A stretch of DNA of 64,000 nt. Origin: an uncultured Verrucomicrobiae bacterium (lineage in GTDB: Bacteria; Verrucomicrobiota; Verrucomicrobiia; Chthoniobacterales; UBA10450). The position numbers and the translations under genes were made by a program. Location: the NCBI GenBank assembly GCA_963726745.1, contig CAVSDR010000004.1, forward strand, positions 192,001-256,000, written 5' to 3'. Below are positions 10,565-19,162 of this stretch, piece by piece. The notes under the pieces are model-generated. The model searched no databases. It was not told the origin of the DNA and saw only the letters and a list, made by a program, of their open reading frames with translations. Every line of letters begins with the position of its first letter. The first letter of the stretch is position 1.

Positions 10565-11629
10565 TCACAGATACACGCGCGCCACCCGGCTGCCAATGCC
10601 GGTGAAAATCTCCCATGGAATCGTGTCCGCCCGGTCCGCCAGCTCGCGCGCGGGAAGACCCTCGCCTAGGAGCACCGCCTCGTCCCCTAACGAGACCTCG
10701 GCCGCATCGGTCACGTCCACCATCAGCAGGTCCATCGTCACCCGTCCGAGCACCGGGCAACGCCGGCCCCCGAGGAGCACCGCGGCTCCGCGGCTCGAGA
10801 CCGCGCGCGGATAACCGTCGGCGTAGCCGACCCCGAGGGTGGCCACGCGCGTCGGCCGCTCGGCCGTCCAGGTGTGGCCGTAACTCACCGTGCTCCCCGC
10901 GGGCAGCTCGCGGAGAAGGACCACGCGTGCCTTCCAGGTGAGCGCCGGCTGGAGCGTTTCCTGCAATTCCGGCTGCGGCGCCACGCCATAAAGCATCAAG
11001 CCCGCGCGCACCAAGTCGAACGCGTGCCCGCCAAAACCGAGCACGCCCGCGCTCGGGAGCGCGTGAATCCGATAGCCGCCTGGAACGGCCGCGCGCAGCT
11101 GCTGCACCACTTCGGCGAAGTGCGCCAATTGCGCGCGCGTGAAGACGGCATCTTCATCCGCCGCCGCCAGGTGGGTGGAGACGCTGTGGATGGTCACCTT
11201 GGGCAGAGCCGCGATTGCCTGGACTTGTTCCAGCGCCGCAGTTGCCGCCAGGCCCATCCGGCCCATCCCGGTATCGATCGCGCAGTTGACCGACACCGCA
11301 CCGCATTGCGCGAAAGCCTTCGCTTCCGCCAGGCTCGAGATCGAAGGAATGAATCCCTGTTCCACAATCCCGGCGCGCTCTTCCGCCAGCGCGGGCCCGA
11401 GGATCATCACCGGTCGCGCCCTGACCGCCGCGCGCGCTTCCAGTGCTTCCTGCAGATTCGCCACGCCAAATAATTCCACCTCCTCCGCGAGCGCTTGCGC
11501 AACCGCGGCCAGGCCGTGGCCGTAGCCGTTTGCCTTGATCACCGCGAGCACGCTGGCGCCGCTCCGTTCGCGCGCGACACGCGCGTTATGCCGCAGCGCG
11601 GCGCGATCGATTTCCACCCAGCAGCGCAT
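10565..11629 (-). CDS. alr: Alanine racemase
   Basis: AVIKANGYGHG (PLP lysine), DTGMGRMG, GYADG, GRVTMD; start MRCWVEID coupled TGATG to tsaB. Confidence 0.95.
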   Translation of the reverse strand: MRCWVEIDRAALRHNARVARERSGASVLAVIKANGYGHGLAAVAQALAEEVELFGVANLQEALEARAAVRARPVMILGPALAEERAGIVEQGFIPSISSLAEAKAFAQCGAVSVNCAIDTGMGRMGLAATAALEQVQAIAALPKVTIHSVSTHLAAADEDAVFTRAQLAHFAEVVQQLRAAVPGGYRIHALPSAGVLGFGGHAFDLVRAGLMLYGVAPQPELQETLQPALTWKARVVLLRELPAGSTVSYGHTWTAERPTRVATLGVGYADGYPRAVSSRGAAVLLGGRRCPVLGRVTMDLLMVDVTDAAEVSLGDEAVLLGEGLPARELADRADTIPWEIFTGIGSRVARVYL

Positions 11630-12207
11630 CAGGTTTTCGCGGCTCGCGGTGGAGTAATGTGCGGCTCTCGCAGGTAAATCGGCTCGAGCGGCGGATGCGT
11701 CGCGCAGTCGAGCGGCATCGCGGCGAGGAATCGCGCCGCCGGAAATGCGAGGGTCACTTGTGGAAAACGCGCGATCGTTTCCGTGCCGAAAACCGGCAGC
11801 GAGATGTCCTCCAGCTTGCTGTCTAATTCCTCCGCGCTCATCAGCTCCGGCCCGGCGAAGCAGCAGCGGTCGCGCACCGCGGCAAAGAAAAACGACTGCC
11901 GCCGCGCGTCCCCGATGACGACATACTCCGCCGCCGGAAACGCGCAGATCGAGGGCAGGCCATGAAGTTTCGCGGCTGTCGCCGCTTGCAAACCAATGGC
12001 TGCAGCGATGGCGATGCGCGTACCTGCATACGAGCCGGGACCGAGCCCGACGACGATCCGTTCCGGCCGGCCATGCGTCGCCAGGATGCGCTGGAGACAT
12101 TCAAAGAATGCGCCGGAATGCTTCCGGTCATTCGGGAATTCCTCCTCGCCGCCGGGCCAGGCGATGCTCCCGCGCGCGCTCGAGAGTTCCAGAGCCAACA
12201 CTTTCAT
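11629..12207 (-). CDS. tsaB: tRNA threonylcarbamoyladenosine biosynthesis protein TsaB
   Basis: MKVLALELSS, VGLGPGSYAGTRIA, IGDARR, EPIYLR. Confidence 0.88.
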   Translation of the reverse strand: MKVLALELSSARGSIAWPGGEEEFPNDRKHSGAFFECLQRILATHGRPERIVVGLGPGSYAGTRIAIAAAIGLQAATAAKLHGLPSICAFPAAEYVVIGDARRQSFFFAAVRDRCCFAGPELMSAEELDSKLEDISLPVFGTETIARFPQVTLAFPAARFLAAMPLDCATHPPLEPIYLREPHITPPRAAKT

Positions 12208-12620
12208 CGCTCCGGCAATCCATCGATCGCGCGTTCCTCCTCGCTCGTCATCGCCAGAGAAATCCACCGCGTGCCCTCCGGGAGCAACTCGCGAAAACGA
12301 TCGGCCCACTCCACCAGGCAGACGCCGTCGCCCTCAAGGTAATCATCCCAGCCGAGCCGGAGCGCGGCCTGCGCGTTCTCCAGACGGTAGAAATCGAAAT
12401 GATAAACCGGCAGGCGACCGCCGGAGTACTCGTGCACCAGCGTAAACGTGGGGCTGGTGACCTCACCGCTACAGTCGAGCCCGGCGACGAAACCTTTGAC
12501 GAAATGCGTTTTCCCTGCGCCCAGATCGCCGGTGAGCGCGATCACATCGCCTGCTTGCGCGGTCTGCGCGAGCTCCGCGCCGGCGGCCTTGGTCTCCTCC
12601 GCGCTATTGGAAATGCGCAT
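12204..12620 (-). CDS. tsaE: tRNA threonylcarbamoyladenosine biosynthesis ATPase TsaE
   Basis: GDLGAGKT, VTSPTFTLVHEY, HFDFYRL, VEWA. Confidence 0.93.
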   Translation of the reverse strand: MRISNSAEETKAAGAELAQTAQAGDVIALTGDLGAGKTHFVKGFVAGLDCSGEVTSPTFTLVHEYSGGRLPVYHFDFYRLENAQAALRLGWDDYLEGDGVCLVEWADRFRELLPEGTRWISLAMTSEEERAIDGLPER

Positions 12621-13494
12621 AGCCGGCAGGGAATTTTCGATGATCGGTGTTCGATTTCTGCGTGAGCTGGCCGATGCGCGTGAGCGGGAGCTTCGGGAAT
12701 TTTTTCGCCCACGCCTTTTGCAATCTCGCTGTCTGTTTTTGAGGAAGGGCGAAGAGAAGCTCGTAATCTTCGCCGTCGGAGATCGCCTGCTCCACGCTGC
12801 AGCCGGACGTGCGAGGAATCGCCGCCTGGTCGACCACGTAGCCAAGGCCGCTGGCCTTGGCCAACCGTGGCAGGTCCGTGCCCAGGCCGTCGCTCAAGTC
12901 CATCATCGCGTGCACCGGGAAATGACTCGTTAGCCAACGCGACTCCGCAAGGCGCGGGGTAAACCGCAGGTGCTTGCCCCGGATGGAACCGCCGAGTTTG
13001 CCGGTGACGAAAAGCTCGTCGCCCGGCCGCCCGCCGGCGCGTCCCGTCCAGCGCTTCGCTTCGACGTAGCCAGCCAGGTGGACTGTGATCGCGAGCGGCC
13101 CGGTGGTGCCGCTGGTTTCGCCGCCGACGATCGCGACCCGGAAGTTGCCGGCTATTTTTGCGAGGCCGCGATAGAGGTCGGTGACCCATTTTACCGGCGT
13201 GCTGGGCGGGGCCATGAGCGTGACAAGGGCGAACTGCGGAACCGCGGAAGTCGCAGCGAAGTCGCTCAGAGGTCGCGCAAGTGCCTTCCATCCCACCGCC
13301 TGCGGCTTCGCCTTCGGCAGGAAATGCACCCCGGAAATGACGCAGTCTGTTTTCAAAACCAGCAGCCGATCCGACCCGGGGAAACGCGTGAGCGCGCAGT
13401 CGTCGCCCACGCCGGAAACGACCGCGCGACCGCCCGGCAGAAGCGGCGCGAGCTTTTCGAGCAGCCGGTCTTCACCGAGCTGGCGCAGATTCAT
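12604..13494 (-). CDS. thiL: Thiamine-monophosphate kinase
   Basis: GVGDDCA, GVHF, LSDFAA, MMDLSDGL, DGEDYELLF. Confidence 0.92.
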   Translation of the reverse strand: MNLRQLGEDRLLEKLAPLLPGGRAVVSGVGDDCALTRFPGSDRLLVLKTDCVISGVHFLPKAKPQAVGWKALARPLSDFAATSAVPQFALVTLMAPPSTPVKWVTDLYRGLAKIAGNFRVAIVGGETSGTTGPLAITVHLAGYVEAKRWTGRAGGRPGDELFVTGKLGGSIRGKHLRFTPRLAESRWLTSHFPVHAMMDLSDGLGTDLPRLAKASGLGYVVDQAAIPRTSGCSVEQAISDGEDYELLFALPQKQTARLQKAWAKKFPKLPLTRIGQLTQKSNTDHRKFPAGYAHFQ

Positions 13495-14306
13495 GGCTGC
13501 GGAAACTTGTCCGGAAAAGCCAGCGCCACCAGCGTCATGGAATTGAAGAGCGCGTGCATCGTCATCGAAACCACGATCGATTCGCTCCATTCATAGGCGA
13601 GCGCGAAGCAGGCCCCGAGGACAAAGAGCGGCGCGGCCGACGGCAGGTGAGCATGCACCGCGGCGAAAAGTGCCGCCGAGGCGACGAGCGCGACCCAACG
13701 CCCCAGATAACGCCGCGCGACTCCGTAGAGAAAGAAGCGAAAAAAGAACTCCTCGACCAGCGGCGCGATTCCGACCGCGAGGACAATGATGAGCACGCGC
13801 TGCTGGAGCGTTTGCGAGCTGGTGAAAAGCTCGACGATGTTCTGCTTGCTCGAGGAACCGCCCAGCACCAGCCGGGAGAAAAGGTCGGCTAAAAAGATCA
13901 GCGGGTAAGCCGCGAGCAGGAGCACGACCGCGGTCGCGAGCGACCGCCAGAAAGGCAACTTCGCAAAGCCGGCCATCGAAACCACGCGGCGGCCGCGCAG
14001 GGTTAGAAAAGCGGCGAGGAAAACGAAAAGGCCCACGGAGATGAGGGCGTTGGCCACCAGGTCGTTCGTGCCCAGGGCGATCTTCTCGGGCCGCGAAGGC
14101 GAGGCGACCGCGTTGAAGATGAAGAGCAGCGCGAGGAAGAGCGCGAGGACGACATCTGGCAGCGAAAACGTCGGCTCCAACTCGTCGGTGTGAACCTGAT
14201 CTCGCCGGCTAATTTGCCTAACGAGAGCAACGTAAAGATAGATCCCGCCGGCAAAAAAGATCGCGTTGAAGACCGCGGCGAGCGCGGAAAGGAGGCCGGC
14301 CGACAT
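13491..14306 (-). CDS. CPBP (Abi/CAAX) family intramembrane protease
   Basis: EEFFFR, FAAVH, HALFN motifs in a multi-TM protein. Confidence 0.88.
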   Translation of the reverse strand: MSAGLLSALAAVFNAIFFAGGIYLYVALVRQISRRDQVHTDELEPTFSLPDVVLALFLALLFIFNAVASPSRPEKIALGTNDLVANALISVGLFVFLAAFLTLRGRRVVSMAGFAKLPFWRSLATAVVLLLAAYPLIFLADLFSRLVLGGSSSKQNIVELFTSSQTLQQRVLIIVLAVGIAPLVEEFFFRFFLYGVARRYLGRWVALVASAALFAAVHAHLPSAAPLFVLGACFALAYEWSESIVVSMTMHALFNSMTLVALAFPDKFPQP

Positions 14307-14321
14307 GGTCAAGCGCGCGGC

Positions 14322-15329
14322 CTAGGGCGCGTAATAGCTGGGGAGGAAATAGGCGCGGCCGGATTCCAGCTGCGGCATGAATTGATGCGGCAGCGCGATC
14401 TCGAGCTTCGCCGCGCGCGTCTCGCCGAGCGCGCGGAAGATGCGTCCGAAGCTATAGGGCGGCGCATACTTCACCACCGTCGCCTCATGCGCGCCGCTCA
14501 ACTCCTTCGCTTTCTTGTAGGCGTCCTCGATCTGGCCCAGGCCATCTATGAGCCGGCTCTGGAGCGCCGCATCGCCGGAGAGAATGCGACCGTCGGCGAT
14601 GGTGTTGCGCAATTCGTCCGCCGGCAGGTTGCGTTCTTTCGCCACGATCCCGAGAAATTTCTCGTAGGTGCTCATGACGAAGCCCTGCACATACTCGCGC
14701 TCCTCCGGGGTGATCGGGCGCGCGCCGTTGAGCATGTCCTTAAACTTGCCGCTTTTGAACACGACCGAGGCGAGGCCGACTTTGTTGAAGAGCTGCTCGT
14801 AGTTCAACGTCTGGATGATCACGCCGATGCTGCCGGTAATGGTGGTCTCGTTCGCCATCAAAAATTTCCCGCCGCAGGCCACGTAGTAACCGCCGGAAGC
14901 GGCTAACGAGTCCATATAGACCACCACCGGCTTCTTCGCGCGCGTCTTGACCACGGCGTTATAGATCACGTCGGAAGCGGTCACTTCGCCGCCGGGCGAG
15001 TCAATCTCGAGCACCACCGCGCGCACGTTCTCGTCTTCGCGCGCCTGCTCCAGGGCGTAACGCAGGTCGTCCACCATCGAGTCGCCGATGCTGCCGGGAA
15101 GCGAGGAACTAATCACCCCGCGCAGGGCGATGACCACGATCTTGCCGCGCTCTCCTTTCCCGCCGCGCTCGAGCACGGTCTCGCGAAAGCGGGCGAGCCG
15201 GTCCTGTTCCACCCCGCCGCCGCCGAGATGGCCAAAGGCCACGAGCACGAGGACGACATTGCCCAGGAGACTGGCGCACAATGCGAGGAAGAGAAAGATG
15301 CTCAGGCAGCCCAGTTTTCGATTGGCCAT
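14322..15329 (-). CDS. sppA: Signal peptide peptidase SppA (S49)
   Basis: IDSPGG, AASGGYYVA, TGSIGVI, KSGKFKD. Confidence 0.92.
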   Translation of the reverse strand: MANRKLGCLSIFLFLALCASLLGNVVLVLVAFGHLGGGGVEQDRLARFRETVLERGGKGERGKIVVIALRGVISSSLPGSIGDSMVDDLRYALEQAREDENVRAVVLEIDSPGGEVTASDVIYNAVVKTRAKKPVVVYMDSLAASGGYYVACGGKFLMANETTITGSIGVIIQTLNYEQLFNKVGLASVVFKSGKFKDMLNGARPITPEEREYVQGFVMSTYEKFLGIVAKERNLPADELRNTIADGRILSGDAALQSRLIDGLGQIEDAYKKAKELSGAHEATVVKYAPPYSFGRIFRALGETRAAKLEIALPHQFMPQLESGRAYFLPSYYAP

Positions 15330-15391
15330 GACGGCTGCTAATTGATCGGAGAACCCGAGGCAAACAAGTGGTTTTGGCGGCGGCCCCGCCC

Positions 15392-15637
15392 ATGGCACAG
15401 ACGCTGCTTTTAGACAGCAGCATGAACAGCAGTGGCCACCTTCCCATGAGCGACTCCGCCGTCCGACCGCTGGGCAAAGCCAAGCGCGGCCGGCCGCGCA
15501 AGCGCGCCGTGGAGGGAGCCAACGAAGCTCGCCCCCCGCGCCCGCAGGCGGCCGTCGGTACCCTTACCCGCACCAAGAGCCTGCTCGCCGCGGCCTTGCG
15601 CGTGTGGGAGCTTAAGCAACGCGGCCTCGGCAACTAA
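15392..15637 (+). CDS. Small hypothetical protein with AT-hook-like KRGRPRK motif
   Basis: Fills the gap between sppA and a terminator hairpin; start uncertain. Confidence 0.5.
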   Translation: MAQTLLLDSSMNSSGHLPMSDSAVRPLGKAKRGRPRKRAVEGANEARPPRPQAAVGTLTRTKSLLAAALRVWELKQRGLGN

Positions 15638-15644
15638 GAGCCGC

Positions 15645-15676
15645 AAAACAAAACGGCTCCGGATCGCTCCGGAGCC
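15645..15676 (-). terminator. Intrinsic terminator between convergent genes
   Basis: GGCTCCGGA-tcgc-TCCGGAGCC perfect stem with a T-rich tail on the minus strand. Confidence 0.7.
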
Positions 15677-15703
15677 ATTTGCGTGGTTAGGCGTTTCGCG
15701 CGC

Positions 15704-17482
15704 CTATTGCTCGGGCGTTGCCGGCTGCGCCGGCTGCTCGCCTTTCTTCGGCTTGCGCTCCTTCCCCTCTCGGGGCGCTGGCGCTTCCCGGGGTGGCTGA
15801 GCGGCACGCGGAGCCTCTGCCTGCGGCGCGCGCTGCGGACGCGGCGCGGCTTCCATTTGCGGCGCACGCTCGGGGCGCGGCGCGGCTTCCGGTTGCGGCG
15901 CGCGGTCGGGGCGGCCGCCGCCACGATTTATCGGGCGCTCGAGGTTGCGCGGCGCGGCTTCCGGCTGCGCAGGCAGCGCGGTCGCCTGCGGGGCGCGCTC
16001 GGGTGCTGGAGTTAACTCGCGCACCCGGTTCGGCTTTTCGCGCTTCGGCGGGCGCTCCGCGCGGTCCGGAGCCGGCGCCGCTTGCGGTTCGCTGCGCTCC
16101 ACCTGGGGCGGCGTCTGCGGCGGCTCGCTTTGGATCTCGCTCGCGCGCGTGCCGCCCTTGCGATCGTTGCGCTGCATAATTTCGCTGGCAGCGTTCGCGC
16201 GCGGTTTCGCGGGCTTATCGGCCTTGGGCGCGATCGGCGCGTCGGTCTCGTTAGGCGTCGATGATGGCTGCTCCGAGCGGGCCGCGCGCTTATCGCCGGC
16301 TTTTCTGCCCGGAATTCTTTGCATCGCCGGGCTCCCCGCGGTCCCGGGCACGGGCGCGTCCGCCTGGACTCCGCGCTCCCCGCGATCGGCCCGGTCGGCA
16401 GGTGGAAGTTGCTGTCTATTTTTGCCTTTGCCATTCGGCTGCGGGGCGGCGGAAGCATTCGCGTCCGCTTGCGCCGGGGCGCCGGCACCTTCCGGTTTCT
16501 CCGCCATCGCCGGCGGTTTTTCTCCCGGCTGGAAGGTCGGCGGCGCGACGTTTTTCCGGTCTTCCTTCTTCATCTTCTCGGTTAACTGCGCCTTCGCTTG
16601 CTGATCGGCCATGCCACTCCACCCAGTCTCCAGCTTCGGCTGCTCCAGCTTCGTTTTTAACTTCCGGGGCGCGGCCGACTGCGGTGCGCGCTCGATCCGC
16701 TGCGGGGCCGCGATCATGAGGCGATTTCCCTGCACGCGGCTCATTTTGCCTGCTTGCAGCGCGGCGCGCGGATCGAGGTTGGTCTCGCGCTCGAGGGTCA
16801 AGCGCTGGATCGGCCGCGTGGAGTAACGGCTTAAACGATCGTAGTCCGGACCGTAGACCTGCACCCGGTTATCGTTGTAGGTGATGTTGGTCACGTTCAC
16901 CGTTTGGTTGATGTAGGTGACGTTGCGCGTAGGCTCGAAAATCCGGTCGCGCAGGACCGGCTCGCCGATGTAACGCACGTCGACGAAGTTGTAATAGGAG
17001 GGCCCGATGTTGAACTCGATGTCGACCTGCCCGCTGATCCCACGACCTTCATAGATGGGTTCGCCGCCGCGACCAGAGCGCGGTGGGAGCGGAGCCCAGC
17101 CGACATAATCGCCACCGGTGCGCCACGAGACCCAGGCCGGTCCCCACTCCGTTCCCGGCACCCAGACCCAGCCGTAATCTTCGAGCTGCGCCCAACGCCC
17201 GTAGTGGTAAGTGGCCCAGCCGAAGTCCTCGTAGGAAACCCAGGTCCAGCCGACATCGGTGTAAGCCCAGTAACCGTCGGTATAGGGACGCCAGTCGCGA
17301 TTGCTCGCAGCGACATTTGGCTGCCAGCAGTAGCCATAGTCGCCCGCTTCCACCCAGCTTCCATTGTCGCCGAGGTTATCGTAGAAAAAGTCAATCGAGA
17401 CATCGGTGCCGGCCGCTGCCTGACGCAGGGACGGCAGGACGAGCGCGCTGATTGCGAGGGCAAGAAGAAGGATTCGTTTCAT
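15704..17482 (-). CDS. Secreted DUF6600-like protein with Pro/Ala/Glu/Arg-rich C-terminal tail
   Basis: Signal peptide MKRILLLALA; Trp/Gly/Tyr-rich WRPYTDGYW..GWATYHYGRW..WGPAWVSWR..GWAPLPP; PQxEAAPR repeats near the C-terminus. Confidence 0.75.
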   Translation of the reverse strand: MKRILLLALAISALVLPSLRQAAAGTDVSIDFFYDNLGDNGSWVEAGDYGYCWQPNVAASNRDWRPYTDGYWAYTDVGWTWVSYEDFGWATYHYGRWAQLEDYGWVWVPGTEWGPAWVSWRTGGDYVGWAPLPPRSGRGGEPIYEGRGISGQVDIEFNIGPSYYNFVDVRYIGEPVLRDRIFEPTRNVTYINQTVNVTNITYNDNRVQVYGPDYDRLSRYSTRPIQRLTLERETNLDPRAALQAGKMSRVQGNRLMIAAPQRIERAPQSAAPRKLKTKLEQPKLETGWSGMADQQAKAQLTEKMKKEDRKNVAPPTFQPGEKPPAMAEKPEGAGAPAQADANASAAPQPNGKGKNRQQLPPADRADRGERGVQADAPVPGTAGSPAMQRIPGRKAGDKRAARSEQPSSTPNETDAPIAPKADKPAKPRANAASEIMQRNDRKGGTRASEIQSEPPQTPPQVERSEPQAAPAPDRAERPPKREKPNRVRELTPAPERAPQATALPAQPEAAPRNLERPINRGGGRPDRAPQPEAAPRPERAPQMEAAPRPQRAPQAEAPRAAQPPREAPAPREGKERKPKKGEQPAQPATPEQ

Positions 17483-17608
17483 AGGTTGGCTCCAGAAAGA
17501 AGTTGGAATTATAGACCTCGCCACGAGGTCGCTTATTCACTCCAGCTTTGATTCGGCGCTGGTTGCGCGCCTGCGCGTGAAGCGAGCCAATCCCGCGGGA
17601 TCGCTCGC

Positions 17609-19162
17609 CTAACGATCGCGCAAAACGACAAACGAGCGCGTGCGATGCCGGCAAATCGACACCAGGTAAGGCCCGTTCGGATCGAGCGCGCTGATGATTT
17701 TACGGTAATCGGCCACGCTGGTCACCGGCTGTTGGTTGACCTCCTCGATCACGTCGCCTTTGCGCAACTCCCCGCTGGCGTCGTCCAGGCCGGTCACCAC
17801 CACACCATGCACGTTTGCCGGGAGATCGAGCTGGCGCGCCAGCTCCGCCGTCAACTCGGCTACCTGCACGCCTGCGAGCGGCGCTTCATCCTGCAGGTCG
17901 CTCTCGTCCTCGTTCGCGCCCGGCGCAGGATTCGGGCTCAGCCCACCGGGCGGAAGCAGTGGCTGGCGTTGCGCTGGCTGCGGCGAACGCGGCGCCACTC
18001 CGGCGGTCTGGTAGTTGACCGGCTGCTCCTTGATCACGGTGGAAACAGTCAGCGCTTTGCCAGCGCGCAGCAGTTCCACCTCGACCTTTTTATTCAGCTC
18101 CTTTTGCGAGACCACATTGCGCAACTCCGCGAAGCTCCGGACCTCGCGCCCGTCGAATTTTCGGATGACATCGCCGGGTTGGATCTGGGCCTCGGCCGCG
18201 GGTGAGTTTGGGACTACGTCGTCCACCACCACACCCTGCGCCTCGCGCTCTTCGCCCGGAGCCGGCGTCCGCATTTGAATTCCGAGATAGCCCCGGATGA
18301 TCCGCCCATTCTTGAGCAGACTCTCGAGAGCGTTCTTGGCTGTGTTCGACGGGATGGCAAAGCCAATCCCCTGCGAGCCACCACTGCGCGAGATGATTGC
18401 GGTGTTAATGCCGATGATCTCGCCCTGGAGGTTGATCAACGGCCCGCCGCTGTTCCCCGGATTGATCGCTGCGTTCGTTTGCAGGAAATCACCAAAGCCA
18501 TCGATGCGATTCGGCCGGCCTTTCGAGCTAATGATGCCGTCTGTGACCGTCTCCTCGAAGCCGAAGGGATTCCCCACCGCGAGCACGAAATCGCCCGCTT
18601 GCACCTCGTCGGAATCGCCAAACTTCAGCGGATGCACTCCGGGATCGTCAATCTTCAGCACGGCCAGATCGGCGATCGAATCCGCGCCGATCAAGCGCGC
18701 CTTCTTCGTGCGGCCATCGCTGAGCTGCACCTCGATTTCGTCCACCTGGTCGACCACGTGATTATTCGTCACGATGTGGCCCTCGCTGGAGACAATCACC
18801 CCCGAGCCAAGGGAATTTTGCACCGTCTCCTGCTCGCTGCGGTTCCGGAATTGGCGTGAGTTTCGATAGAAAAATTCAAACGGATCCATCCCCGAGCGGC
18901 GCACCGGAATTTTCTTTGAGGTCTTGATGCTGACAACCGAAGGCAGAACGGCCGAGACCAGCGCACGCCGCTCGCGGTCGAGCGCCTGCAAGGTCCCGAT
19001 CTTTCCGGGCTCGATGCTCGGGGTGCTCGCGAGGGTGTATTTTTCCGGCTGCGCCCGTCCGGCGAGGCTTAGCCCGCCATGTTTCATGCGGTAGTCGTAA
19101 AGCGCAGAAATGCCGGCGCTCAGGAGCGCGACGAAGAGAAGAAATTTAAGGAGATTTTTCAT
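17609..19162 (-). CDS. HtrA/DegP-family serine protease with two PDZ domains
   Basis: SLGSGVIV, TNNHVV, AAINPGNSGGPL. Confidence 0.92.
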   Translation of the reverse strand: MKNLLKFLLFVALLSAGISALYDYRMKHGGLSLAGRAQPEKYTLASTPSIEPGKIGTLQALDRERRALVSAVLPSVVSIKTSKKIPVRRSGMDPFEFFYRNSRQFRNRSEQETVQNSLGSGVIVSSEGHIVTNNHVVDQVDEIEVQLSDGRTKKARLIGADSIADLAVLKIDDPGVHPLKFGDSDEVQAGDFVLAVGNPFGFEETVTDGIISSKGRPNRIDGFGDFLQTNAAINPGNSGGPLINLQGEIIGINTAIISRSGGSQGIGFAIPSNTAKNALESLLKNGRIIRGYLGIQMRTPAPGEEREAQGVVVDDVVPNSPAAEAQIQPGDVIRKFDGREVRSFAELRNVVSQKELNKKVEVELLRAGKALTVSTVIKEQPVNYQTAGVAPRSPQPAQRQPLLPPGGLSPNPAPGANEDESDLQDEAPLAGVQVAELTAELARQLDLPANVHGVVVTGLDDASGELRKGDVIEEVNQQPVTSVADYRKIISALDPNGPYLVSICRHRTRSFVVLRDR

